This document shows positions 26,950 to 39,329 of a DNA stretch of 64,000 nt, one piece after another. A program made the translations under genes and the position numbers. How positions within the stretch are numbered: the first letter of the stretch is position 1; the number at the start of each line of letters is the position of its first letter. The notes under the pieces are model-generated. The model saw only the letters and a list, made by a program, of their open reading frames with translations, was not told the DNA's origin and made no database searches. The stretch is from Rhynchobatus australiae (lineage: Eukaryota): the NCBI GenBank assembly GCA_034780895.1, contig JAUZTB010000011.1:48051843-48115842 (forward strand), given 5' to 3'.

Positions 26950-28445
26950 CAGCAGAACATCTGAAATTAAGAATATGGATACTGGAAAAGCTCAGCAGAT
27001 CAGACACTGTCTATGGAGAGAAACATCAGACTGAAAGGTTGTGGACTTAAAACAATAACTCCATTTCACTTTTCACAGATGCTGTCGGAGTTGCTGAGTT
27101 TTTCAAAAATCGTCTCCTTTTATTGCTAAGAATTATGTTGCATTCGCTCACTCAACAATATTTCCCATCTCCTCCAACCCAGAACAAGGAAAAGATTCCC
27201 TTTGTTCTCACCCTACACCAACTATATAATCAACAGATCACCCTTTGTGATTTCCACCACCAGACAAAACTTCCCCTCCTCTCCCAGCATTCTGAAGGGA
27301 CCATCCGCTCCNNNNNNNNNNNNNNCTCCTTCTATCTCCACAAACCACTCCCCTTCTCACAGCACTTTCCTATGTAACTGTGGCATATATAACCCCCGCC
27401 CTTTTATCTCCTCCCTTTCCACCTTCCCACAACCCAACAATCCACATGAAGCAGCTATTAAGTTGTTTTTTTTCCCGTTTAGTGTATTGCATCTGGTGCT
27501 CATCAGGAGGTCTCCTCTATGTCAGAGAAACTAAATGCAGGTTGGACGACTGCCTGGCAGTGCAACTCTGTTCAATTTACCTAGGTGTCCCTGAGCCTCC
27601 AGCTGCCTGTCACTCTAGTTCTCTATTCCACTCCCACTCTGAACTCTCCACCTTTGGGCTCCTACTTGTTCCAGTGCTGCCCAATGTAAACTAAAGGAAC
27701 AGCACCAAATCTTCTATCAAGGTATGTTTTAGCTCTCAGTTCTCAATATTGAATTCAACAATTTCAGGTAACAAGCACTTTTTCCTTTTGTTCCATAGAG
27801 GTTGCTGGATATTTAAGTTTCAATTTGCTCCTTTGTTTCTCTTTCTTCTGTCTCTGATACTAAACTAACTCAATGTAAATACACTGTTAAATGAATTGAC
27901 CTGTACGATCCATATGCAAGACAAGTTTTTAACTATACCTCGGTACAAGTGACAATAATAAACCAATACCAATACCTGAGACACAAGAGATTCTGTAGAT
28001 GCTGGAATCTGGAGCAACACGCACAAAATGCTGGGAGAACTCAGCAGGTCAGGCAGCATCTATGGAAGGAAATAAATAGTTGACGTTTCGGGTCAAGACC
28101 CTTCATCAGGACTCTGATATGCGGCCTGAACTGCTGATTTCCTCCAGCATTTTGTGTGTGTTGTTCTGTCTCTAACTGTTGGTTTGTAAAATAATGGTTA
28201 ACCTGACTATTTGGCCAACACCCAATCTCAGACATTCTTTCTTCTTCTTTTTCTTCTTTCTTCTACCCTCCCCTCTTTGCAACTCAAATCATGCTCATTT
28301 TCTCACTGCTTTTCTGAAGAAGCGTCACAGACCTGAAGTGTTGACTCAGATTGTTTCTTGCTTTCCATGGATGCTGCCTGACCTGCTGAGCACTTCTGGC
28401 AGTTTGTGTTTTTGTTTCAGGCATCCAGCATCTGCTGTTTTTTTG
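26950..28445 (+). mobile_element. Composite Penelope-like element (GIY-YIG end and inverted pseudo-LTRs) with a Rex1 3' tail at about 27860-27976
   Basis: NKEKIPFVLTLH and LVYCIWCSSGGLLYVRETKCRLDDCLAVQL correspond to the Penelope GIY-YIG motif VIYCI.C..CGLLYIGETKRRL.DRF.EHL. Terminal motifs occur in both orientations. The tail gtgacaataataaaccaataccaatacc matches the Rex1 end at about 45790. Confidence 0.8.
28078..28113 (-). ncRNA. Minimal type I hammerhead ribozyme motif in a Penelope pseudo-LTR
   Basis: The minus strand reads AGUC CUGAUGA A GGGUC UU GACCC GAAA C GUC AACU: both core boxes, helix II, a palindromic ACGU in place of helix III, and a GUC triplet. Helix I has one C.A mismatch. 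Confidence 0.7.
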
Positions 28446-29577
28446 CCCCAAATATTTCCCCTCTCCGTGGGGAACAATTAATCTTTGCTTACTACCATTC
28501 CCTGATGAAATACTTGGAGACATGGGACCTCTGTGTGAGGAACTGCTGTATCCTGACACCTGATGCCATTGTTGATTAAAGCACAAAAGCTCTCACAGAT
28601 TTTAATCAAATCCTTCGTCTCTGATGGTCTCCTTTCTGTCTTACAATCTTGATTGCTGCATTGCAAATAATCTCAGTTGGAGCACTGTTACACTGAACAG
28701 CCATAACTTTTACAACCATATTCAATGACTTCCAACACACAAAACTATATCCTGCAAAAAAAGCCGAATGAACTCATTAACAATATAGAATGTTCATACT
28801 AAACAAATTTCTCTCCACCTCTTTCAGATTCTAACAAATCTCAAATTTCTTAACATTCCCACTCTCCGTTCCTCTCCTCAACAATCCACCCATAGATTCT
28901 GGGTTTTAAAATGTTTGTTTGTAACAGAAACATAATCTCATATCTTTAAGTTCCAATTTAAATTGAGGGAGAACTTACATGATTAATAAAAATATCCAAG
29001 GAACTGATATTTATAACATCTTTTATAACATCTGGTTCTATTAACCCCAAGGAGTCCAGGAATCATTAGTTCCCACACAAACACAATTCACTTTCTACTG
29101 AATTGCTCCCTGTTGGCCTATATCATGGTCATATTGGCTGCATCTGTTAACACTGCAGCATTAATCCAGGGATAATCCACCTCAATCATACTTGCCTGAA
29201 GAAAGCTTACTGGTAATAACTGACAATTGGAAAGTGTCTTTGGCTTCAAACCCCAGTGGGTTACAGACTAGAAGAACAGATATTCACCTGGAACTAAATA
29301 TATAAAACTTCTTTTAACTGTCCTTAGTCTAAAATCATCTTACATGGTAGAATAATGAAATGAGCATCTCTTCAGTACTAAGATATCATTCACTGCAAGT
29401 GGGAAAGGAGAGGGAGTGGACCACGTATTTACCTACAGCCTAGGATTTCAACAGTACTGATGCAAAGGCATTTATCAGATAAGATGCTTATGACTGTCCT
29501 GGATTCCTTAAGGTAAGACACCGAATCAACAGAGTTAGAATAGCCAAAAGAGATCACATATATCAGAAGGGCCCTAA

Positions 29578-29665
29578 GAACAACATAAGAACTCAAGAAA
29601 ATAGGAGCAGGAGTAGCCAGTTGGCCCTTCAAACCTATCCTGCCATGATCATGGCGATCTGCCAC
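29578..29665 (-). mobile_element. CR1 3' UTR fragment
   Basis: acataagaa..aaataggagcaggagtagcca..ggcccttcaaacct..tgccatgatcatggc is a typical CR1 3' terminus in antisense. Confidence 0.7.
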
Positions 29666-31069
29666 ATATCTTCAGAGGGGTCTGGATCTGGATCCCAGAA
29701 AATTAAGCAATTATCAACCTGTAACATCAACTCTGTACTGATTTCCATGGATGCTGGCTAACCTACTGAATATTTCCTGCATTTTTTGGATTAATCCTGG
29801 AAGTTAAATAAGGCACTAAGTAGGCTGCTTGTGAAACACCACATAATTTTTTCCTAAACAGAAGTTTTGGAAGCATTAAAATCACAATGAGGCTATAAGG
29901 CCCATTTAGCTGTAGATCATTATCATAATTTAACTCCAGGTAAAAAAAATCAGAGCCTAAATTAGTGGCTGCCTTACCAACACCAAATTACAGACAATTA
30001 ACCATACAGAAGAAAATTCACCATTATTGAGGAGTTTAAGCTGCCTTTGTTATTTCTGACAGGCCACTTTACCTAAATTTTCAAGAGCAATGGAGTATGT
30101 AGATAACTGGGATACAGATAATGTTTTAACAAGTCGTTTTCTTTTCCTCCTCTCCCCTTTCCTCAAAGCTTTGCTGAATTATTTGGAACTCCTGCCATTA
30201 TTTGAGTCTACTTTGACAGTGAGTAACAGTNNNNNNNNNNNNNNNNNNGATGTTCAGATACATGCCCAGAAGGGGTCACTGGTGAGCAATACGAAGCTGG
30301 AACGCTAACCAACTCCCTTCCAAGTTTAGGGGTTCAGATGCCAATTAGAGAACATTGATTGATACCATGTCTAACTCAGCACAGCCTGCAGTTTAATTCT
30401 TAAATCCTCCTTGCTGACAACGTTCATTTATTCACTAGGTAAACTCAATCTGTTGTTCAGGGTTGTTTGGAATCATTTAAACAATGAGAGGTAGGTACAC
30501 ACAGGTAGAGTGAAATGGAAGGTTGAAAGTCTTGGTACTCTTCAGTGATGTTTCCTCAAGCACCTGCAATAATGTGTCCAAAAGCTGAGAACGTACTTTA
30601 TAATGAGGAAACTGGAGGAAGTGGTGAAGTGAGTTGCAAACACAAAATATTGCAGATGTTGGAAATCAGAAATGCCACAGAAAATGGTAGAAAGACTCAG
30701 TGGATTAGGCAGCTGCTGTGGAAAGAGAAATGAAATTAAGATTCAGGTTGATGACCCCTTGTCAGAAGTTAAGTGGAATGGATCAATTTTACACAAAGTA
30801 TAATGGTGGCATTGTACAGGTTAACGTGAAGGAAGTAGTAAATGTGGATTTAATAGAGGATCATGTAATTTTATAGGTAGATAGGGATTGGAGGATATTA
30901 TGAAAAAAAGAGGAAGATCAATAGGGAACAGGTTTCCCGAGTAAAACTATCTTTACTGTTTCAAAACAAAAATTGCTTTGTACATTAACCAACAATTTTA
31001 AGCAGAATCATTTCGAACCTGAAAAGGCCAAAGAAGCAATTAGACTTTGTATGGCACAGTTTAATGAAA

Positions 31070-31362
31070 GAAAATAAGACTTGCATTTATATAGCATCTT
31101 TCAGGACCTCAGGGTATCCTAAAGCATTTAACAGCCAATCAAGTACTTTGGAAATGTGGTTCCTGTTGTAGGAGATGCAGCAGCCAAATTGTGACAGCTT
31201 GTCCCCACAAACATTAATGTGATAGCACCTCTGATAATGCTGTAACTCCATCACCACATCAATGGAAAGTCCATTCAGATCCCTGTCTGCAATTCTTTAG
31301 TGTGGGACTTGAATCACAACCTTCTGACCCTGAGGCAAGAATATCACCAACTGCACCAGCAT
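31070..31362 (-). mobile_element. Deu-domain SINE (SacSINE1-like)
   Basis: acttgcatttatatagcatctttcaggacctcagggtatcctaaagcattt..acagccaat at the 3' end; gtgggacttgaatcacaaccttctgaccctgaggc (antisense B-box region) at the 5' end. Confidence 0.75.
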
Positions 31363-31659
31363 TAATGATAATCTTATATCAGCCGGCAAAAATGTATCTT
31401 CCTGATTTTTGGGAAAGATATATGATAAACAACTAATCACGTTATATTATTACAATAGTCAAAATTGCCCTTTAATGGGTCCGTCTCATTTTCCTTCATT
31501 GTGAAGCTATCAGATGTATCTGACCGTGTGTTTCTTTCTACTTATTCAATGTTTCATTGAACATTTGATGCTTATCGATGAAGAGGATCATCTAGACCAT
31601 CCTAATTTATCCTTGTACAACCTTGTACGCCACCTATTATTTATTCAAATTAGTTAAGA

Positions 31660-31960
31660 ATATATGAAACATAAGCAGGAGTAGCCTGCACACCCTTGTG
31701 CTCACTATGCCATTAAGTCTTATCTTATTCACTTACTGGCATGATCGCCAAGTACTGAGTGCCCAAAATTCTATTGATTTCAACCTTCACTGTATTCAGG
31801 TATGGGGCATTCATGGCTGTCTGAGGCAGGGGATTTCAAGGATTTAAAATGCTCTGAGTAAGGATTTTTTCATTAACTTAGTCTTAAATGTTCTGATGAA
31901 GCTCATCAACCTGGCTGCCTGACCTGCTGAATAGTTCAAGAATTCACTGTTTTTGATAAT
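31660..31960 (-). mobile_element. CR1 3' fragment followed by a short Penelope terminal piece
   Basis: catatg/aacataagcaggagtagcc...gatttcaaggattt...ctctgagtaagga..tttcatt, then ctgatgaag...gctgcctgacctgctga. Confidence 0.55.
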
Positions 31961-33442
31961 CCAGAAATACTAAATCCACAGTTTCTCCTTTACCCGTATT
32001 TCTAGCCACATCTAGGAACACTTCTAATAGAGTTCATAAAAGCATGCTGACTCAACCTAATAACAAGATAATTTCATGAGCATCTAGCTGTACATCCTTA
32101 ATAATAGATTCCATTATTTTGTTGGAATAACTCTTCTATATTCCCCTATTTATTCTCCCCCTCCTTTTGGGGGTGGGGGGGATGTGTTGTGGGAAGCTGC
32201 CTTTGGAGAGGACTGAAGATTGCACTCAGGGAGATGTTAGGTGAGGTAGTGGGATGGAGGGTGGTTGGTTTAGTTGAAGATTGACTGGCAGTGGTCAATT
32301 GCTCCACCTCTACCCCCAATATCTGACATGCACCAAAGTCCAGAGGGAGATATTGGGGGTAAAGTGGAGTAATTGATCATTATCAAAAAGAAATTTAAGT
32401 TAGGCATCCACAAGGATGTTTCAGACTCTTTGGCAATGGCCCAGGAAACATTGGGCCCTGTAAATAATGCCAAAGCAAGGCCAAATATTGAGGAATCACC
32501 TACTTCACTGTCAAGGCCTGTCCTGTTCGCATACCTCTGCGACACAGTATCAAAAATCCAAAACTGGGATTTAACTTCTGATGTAATTCTGTTCTCTGGA
32601 GCAAAAGATAATGCCTGGCAATGGTAGAATGACTAGTCCCAAATCTCTCCAGTCTTTCCTCATAATCGGTGACTCCTGACCGTAGAGAGCAGATGAGCAA
32701 CTCCGTGCTGAACCTCCATGAGCGTATCAGCCTCCTTCATCTCTGTGTAATCAGAATTGGCACAGTGGCCAAGCTGTTGGATGATCAGATTACTGGACAT
32801 TTCTGATCATAATTCCCTCTGACCATATTTTACTGGTTTAGATACATTGTTGAGCTGTTCCTTATGCTGTTGATTATTGAGTCTTACGTCAATTTAGATT
32901 CTTCAGTTTCTTTTAGTATCAACACTTCATAAAATATGTACCTTACCAGTTTCCCTTCCCGTGTTCAATGGTTGATGCCTTTTTGCTTTAAATCACACAA
33001 CATAAAAGAACTTTGTCTGACTCATCATTTAATTCTTGGGTTGGGTGCTTTAATTCCATTGGCCCCCTGAATTTGGTTTCATCTGTAAGTTAAGCAGTGA
33101 AACCTTTTAACTGAGGTGGGGGGGGGGGGGTTATTATCAGGTGTCCTAATCTTCAAAACAGTTATGGCATGCATAATCAAAATGAACTAACAATTATGGG
33201 TTTAGCTGAACCTCCAGCAGTGTCCCTTCTTTCTTTTGCTTTCTCTTGGGATTGATTCTAATTCTGCAATGCTTACATGGGGATGTGATTTCAATTCATT
33301 TACTATTTTTTTGGGCTTGCCAATTCTCAGTACTGTTTCCCATCAGGGGAAGGATGTGACCTGATGGGATCACATCCAAAGCAACTTGTACAGGGTGAGG
33401 AGCTGCAGCAGGATCAGAGTTTAGATCAGATCTCTGCCAAGA

Positions 33443-33658
33443 GGTTGGTAGCGTAGCGGTTAGCATAACGCTATCACAGCACCAGCAACCAGGGTTCAAT
33501 TCCCGCCACTGTCTGTAAGGAGTTTGTATGTTCTTCCTGTGACTACATGAGTTTCCTCCCATATTCCAAGGACGTATGGGTTAGTAGGTTAACATGGCTG
33601 TAATTGGGTGGCACAGGCTCGTTGGGCCAGAAGGGCCTGTTACAGTGCTGTATAAATA
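33443..33658 (+). mobile_element. tRNA-derived SINE (HE1/V-SINE type)
   Basis: A box TAGCGTAGCGG (33449-33459), B box GGTTCAATTCC (33493-33503), V-domain-like ctgtctgtaaggagtttgtatgttct, CR1-like tail gggccagaagggcctgtt..gtgctgtat. Confidence 0.85.
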
Positions 33659-36189
33659 ACGCTTTCTTAAAGTTTTTAAAAGGTTGCGGAGTGGAAGTAT
33701 AGAATTAACATTCTGCAGTACCACATATTGGAAACCCTCCCTCCATTGGTTGTAACTAGAGGATGGGTGGAGCTTGTTAGCAGATCACTGGTGCACGATA
33801 TATTGGTGCAATGAAATGTCAATTCTAGTTAAAGGCATTCCTTTAATAATGTTCACGTCATGGTCTGATGACTGGATCAGGTGCCATCTTCTCACATCTG
33901 TCATGAGCCACCAGTCTTCGCCTTTCCTTTTCCTCATTGCTCACTGTCCATTACATCTGAGCACCATCTCTCTTCCCTGGCCCTCTTCCTCCATCCTCCA
34001 ACCTTGATCCCTCAAGTTTCCTTCTTCATCCTGGCCTTAGTTTTCATTTTTCCTTGAATCCTGTGGGCCTGTGAATCCCAGCTCCTGTGCTCCCTGTGAC
34101 TCCTAAGGTTTCTGAGTTACCAGGCTCCTGTTCGTTCCCACCCCCATGCACAGGACAGACAGAACCACCTCTTGGACAGGAGACATGACGTGACCAGCCA
34201 GGCGGGAAGTGAGTGAAGCTCAGTGCAACTGAAGAGGGGGAGTCCATATCCTTGGTGTTTGTTGTAAGGTGAAAAACAGCAAAAAATCCCCCTATATCAA
34301 TGTGATCCAAAAATATAATCCCAGTGATATGAGGCCTACTCTTTCTCTCCTGATGCCACGTGATGAGATCTTGATTCTGCCAAGCTGCTCCTTTGGTGCC
34401 TTGAACTTCCCCATGGTCTGTGCTTTCAGTTGTAAACACACTTGGAACACTTGTTAGCAGATGTCTTTTCTTTTGCAGGTGTTATTTTGTACAGGTTTCA
34501 TAATAATTTGCATTTAATTTCTGAATGCAATTAATGATATAAATTGGAAATAATGACGGTCCTGAATTCTGGGGTATTGGACTTGTTACTTTTCTGTACT
34601 CAAATTAATTTTNNNNNNNNNNAGTTAATCTGAAATGTCACCTTTGTTTCTTTCCCCAAAGAGGATGCCTGACGTGTCTAAATGGAATATACCATTTTAT
34701 ACCATTCAGTCATTATTTTATCCATCAGCTGCTCACCTGACTTTTCACGGCATTGAACTGAAAATTGAACTGTCCACATGGAACCTTATCTACAGCCTTT
34801 TGGAAGTCTAAGTGTAATACACGAGGATTTGCCGGAGTCAATTCTATCCATTAAGTGGGAATCCACTGGTGATAACTCAGCATCAAAAATGGTTGCCTAA
34901 TTGTCTGAGAACTAGCTAAAATATATTATGATAATAGTTTCAAGAGATTAAAACATGGGATCAAACAAAAAAAACAAAATAATAAACAGAGCAGCAATTA
35001 AAATTAGGCTGTAGGCTGAAAATTCAACATGCTGCAATTATTTTTGGGAGCCATACCTTTTTACAAGGCTCACCCGTTCTGTTCTTAAAAAGTCCTCAAG
35101 TATTACAAAATTTGTCAGTGTCAATTACAGAACAGCATTGCTGGGCATTCTCATATAAAAGGTCATCATTTCAGGAACAGCTGCCATCACTGGTTATAAT
35201 TCTTGCTGCTGCCATTTCTGAGATGCGCAGCTGAGAGCTGGTGCTCAAAGGCATAAAAACACAGCATAGCTTCCATTTACTGGAAATGCTTTTCACTTTA
35301 CCACAGTTGCACCAGTTATTCCTGAGGGCACAAAGCATGCTCCTTGATTTACGACAGAAACCTTAAGAGGTTGTTAGTTCACTATTATTGGCTTCACTTG
35401 GGCAAACTAGATGCCAGAAACATACTGCTAGGATGCACAAAAATCTCATACCAAAATGAACACACATTGTTAACTGGTGGCATTAAGAAACCAGAAACAA
35501 GCATAAAATTGCATAATGCTAGGTTAAAGTAATTTTCAACTTTGCTACGTTTTTTTTGTGTTGTTGCATGTTTGAATTTCCAGGTCAATGAGTGAAAATT
35601 AATTTATATTACATTCTACATAATATTTGTGTCCAGAATCCAGTGAATGGCATTTAAAATAATTATTAAGGGAGTGCTGGCAGTGTCTACTCACAATACA
35701 ACACCAAATTACCACAACAATGCCTATTATTGTAAATATAAAGTATGACAGCTTGTATGGACTTTCCCAAAGTATCTAATATGATAAACAGATTTCAGTC
35801 AATGGAAACCTATTAAATCTTTGAGAAGATTTAAACATATTCAAAAGTCTGGCTCCTTTTTTATGTAAGTGAGGCGTATAATGCACCATGTATATGTAGG
35901 AGGGCTGTGAACTTAGTTAATTCAACTTTGCTTGTACACAGGGTTTGGCAGAATCTCACACATAACACTGTATCACCATGACAGAATCACCAGGTGATGA
36001 TGCTATCCTTTTTAAGAGAATTATAATATAACCAAGGTAACAAAAAATATGGGAAGTAGTTCTTTCCAATGGATGAGCTGAAGGTGTACCTGTACATCAG
36101 TAAATGAACAGCCAACCTATGTAGATTCTGAAACAAAATAATCCATCTTATCATGCTAGGGTACTTAAAAGATTATTGAATAGTATCCT

Positions 36190-36420
36190 AGAATGATAAG
36201 ATGGACTCTTGACCTCTATCTTGCTGTGGCCTTGTACCTTATTGTCTGCCTGTACTGCACTTTCTCTGTAACTATAACATTTTATTCTGCATTCTGTTAC
36301 TGTTTTTCCTTGTACTACCTTAATGCACTGTTTAATGAAATGATCTGTATGGATGGCACTCAAAACAAAGTTATTCACTGTACCATGGTACATGTGTGTA
36401 ATAATAGAAAAAATTACCAG
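36190..36420 (+). mobile_element. Rex1/Babar 3' UTR fragment
   Basis: Closely similar to 45593-45810 (taagatggactctt..cct..ggccttg.acct.attg.ct.cct..actgcactttctctgtaac). Confidence 0.8.
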
Positions 36421-36559
36421 TTTAGAATGTCTGTTCTGCATGAAAGTTTTAAGCAAGTTAAATTATTGCAATCTGGAAAAAAAGGTGGGGCTTTATATAA
36501 ACTATATCTTTCACATCTCTTTCAGGCTATCACAAAAGTTTTAGAAACATAAGGTACCT

Positions 36560-36925
36560 CGAAGTGTAGTCAGAGTGATAATGACAGCCAATTTACAATC
36601 AGGAAAGTCAAAACTGCAATGTTATATTGACTAGATAATCTGTTATTTGAGGGGTTGGTACAGGGATAAGTATTGATTAATAGGACACTGGAGGTAACTC
36701 TTTATTTTGTCTTCGAATTAGTACAAGAAGAAATCTCTTATGTCCACCTGTGAGAACTGACAGGGTCTTGGTTTAGCATCTGAAAGTTTGCTGCACATAG
36801 AAAGAGCAGCACTCCCTCAGTACTACACTGGATTGTCAACATACATTCTACGCTTGAGTCTCTGGAGTAAGAGTTGAAGCAACAACTCTTCTTACTCGCA
36901 GGTGACAGTGCTACCAACTGAGCAA
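36560..36925 (-). mobile_element. Deu-domain SINE (SacSINE1-like)
   Basis: gaagtgtagtca..gataagtattg..aggacactggag..tgtccacctg.gaga..gacaggg..ggttta.catc..gcagcactccctcagtactacactgg..tctctggagt..gtgctaccaactgagc. Confidence 0.75.
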
Positions 36926-37659
36926 TGGGGAAACAGCCAAAAATTAGGAAATTCCTGTAGGAGAAGAGGTAATTTTCCAGTTACTATTACTGGTGGGGAA
37001 TCTCACCAGTAGTCGTATATATCAGAACTAAAGGTTAGAAAAACATGTGCAAGCGCATCCCCTCATTTTCAATTTTCACAGGCAGCAGGTGAGGCTCAGC
37101 AGGGAGTACAAAGAGTTACCCCATGAAGTCAGATTGGCAGAGGTGTTGATTAGACAATAGAGGAGTCAGTGTTGGATACTAGCTGCTTCTAATGTACATT
37201 AACAACTTGGAAGCAAAACCAGAGTGTATACTTGTAAATGTAAGGAGCAACGGAGGCAGAGAATGCAGCCGAAGATTTACAGAAAGAAACAGACCAGATA
37301 CTTCATTTGACAAATGTGAAATGAAAATGGATATTACAAATGTAAAACATTACACATTGGTAAAAAAACGTCCTTTGTAATGATTGAATGACTTGAAGTG
37401 AATTAACAGCGGTAGACAGAACAGACTGAGGCTGATAACTAAGCGTGGCTGGAACATTCATTCGTATCTACCTACTACATTTATTGTAGTGATAGAGGCA
37501 TCAGGTGACCAAAAACATGGTCTGACAGGTAGGTTTGCAGGAGTACCTTAAAGCAATAGAGAGAGCTGGAAAGATTTATATGGCTACTGAGCTTATGTTC
37601 AGAGATATGAAACCTCAGCCATCAATAGTACCAGCCAGTAAAAATATGGTGAATCAAAG

Positions 37660-39300
37660 AATCAAACCAACTTACAGGAGGAATTCATTTGCCTCTATGT
37701 CCATGCCAGACAACCACTAAGCTCTTTAGGTTACTCCCATTTCCCAGCTCCTGGTCTGTAGTCCTGTATATTCAACAACTTCAAGTGCTCATCCCAGTTC
37801 ATTAAGTGTGACGAGTGCTTCTGCCTCTGGTAGTTTACAGGCAGGAGGTTCAAGACCCCTCAATAAACGTTAGGTGAAAAATCTTTTGCTCAACACTCTT
37901 CTAATCTTTTTACCATTAACACAATTTCTTGTCAATGAGTCTTGTCACATTGACTCGTTTGCAAAGGGAAATAGGTCCTTCTTGCTCATCTCATATGGCC
38001 CTGTCTTAATTTCATAGTTATATCTCCCTTTATTCTCTGTTCCAAAGAAAACAATCTCAACCTTGTCACTCAATGCTATTCTTCTCCAACCCTGTCATCA
38101 ACCCCATAAATCTCTGCCTTTGCTGTCTATACTTTAATATCCTTCCTGCAGTGTTGTGGCCAGAATTGGACACAGGACTTTTGCAGTGGTAAAATGGTGC
38201 TAAAATATAATGCTAAAATACAATTTTAGCATGATCTCCTTTTCATGCTTTCTTAAACATCTTACCCACCTGTTCTGCTTCCTTCAATGGACATGCATTC
38301 CAAGATCCCTCTGTTCCTCTGCACTTCCTATAATCCGACTTATTTTGTTAGGTATTCACCTGCCTTGTTTATCATCCTCATAAAAATTATCTTGCACTTC
38401 TCTGGAATGAAACCACTGCACTGGTCCCTCCCCCCCAACCTGGAATTTTTTTCCTCACTTTATCAGTCATAGTACAGTTTTGGTAACATTGGCTAATTTC
38501 TTAATCACAGCTACTACAGTTAAATCCAAATTACTAATTTGAACTATGAAAAGCAGAACACCTACTAACGGGAGAAAGCACAAGGAAATGGTCTACTATT
38601 GGGAACAAAAATGCACCCAACAGTTGATCATTTCCCTGTGCTTTCTCCCACTGAGCTAATTTTTAAATTTAACTTTTCACTTAGCCTAGATCCAATGGGC
38701 TCTTACTTTCTTGATTAAAATGACTAATCAGACATTACAAAGACACATGAGATTGCAGATGCTAAAATCCATGTAAATTATGCCAAATATGATACCCTGA
38801 TTTGCCTTCTCAAAAAACTAAATCGTTAGTCAAACACGATCTTTCCTTAACAAATCAGTGCTGATTTCTTTGATTAACCCATGCCTCACAAAATGCTGCT
38901 TTATGCCCCAATAGTCAGTGCTTGTCCTAATTCCTTCCATGTTACATTTTATCCATGACCGGTGGTTTATCCATGTTTAAAGATGTTAGCCCTTTAATAT
39001 GCCCATCTCTATGTTTATAATTTCCAGTAATTCATGTTCTTCCTCCTTAATATCAACGTCTACATCATCCCCTTTAGCATGAAGAGAAATGCAACATTTT
39101 TCAGTTAGAAGTCTGCACATCTATCACCACACTTGGGCTACCATTCTGTTCTCCAATTGAACCCATTCTTCAAATTTCCTTAGTTTTTTAAATCGAACAT
39201 TTCAAGGTATTCCTTAATCTTACTGGCTTTATTTTTATATATCCACTTTGTCTTCCTAATTTTCTTTTTAATTTCAACCGTCCATCTTTACATTCCTCTA
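37660..39300 (-). mobile_element. Decayed CR1 LINE, 3' portion
   Basis: Antisense CR1 motifs: aagtgctcatcc, ggaaataggtccttc, ccaaagaaaacaa, ggccagaattggacacag (CVQFWP), ctaatttctta (FADD region), gttagtcaaacacgat, aacaaatcagtgctg. Confidence 0.65.
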
Positions 39301-39329
39301 GGCTTTCTGCAGTTGTAGGTGATTGCCTA

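Noticed and set aside
33114-33130. Poly-G run as a functional G-quadruplex
   Set aside because: A simple homopolymer, prone to sequencing error, with no supporting context.
33443-33520. tRNA gene
   Set aside because: A and B boxes are present but run into a SINE body and CR1-like tail, with no cloverleaf or oligo-T terminator.
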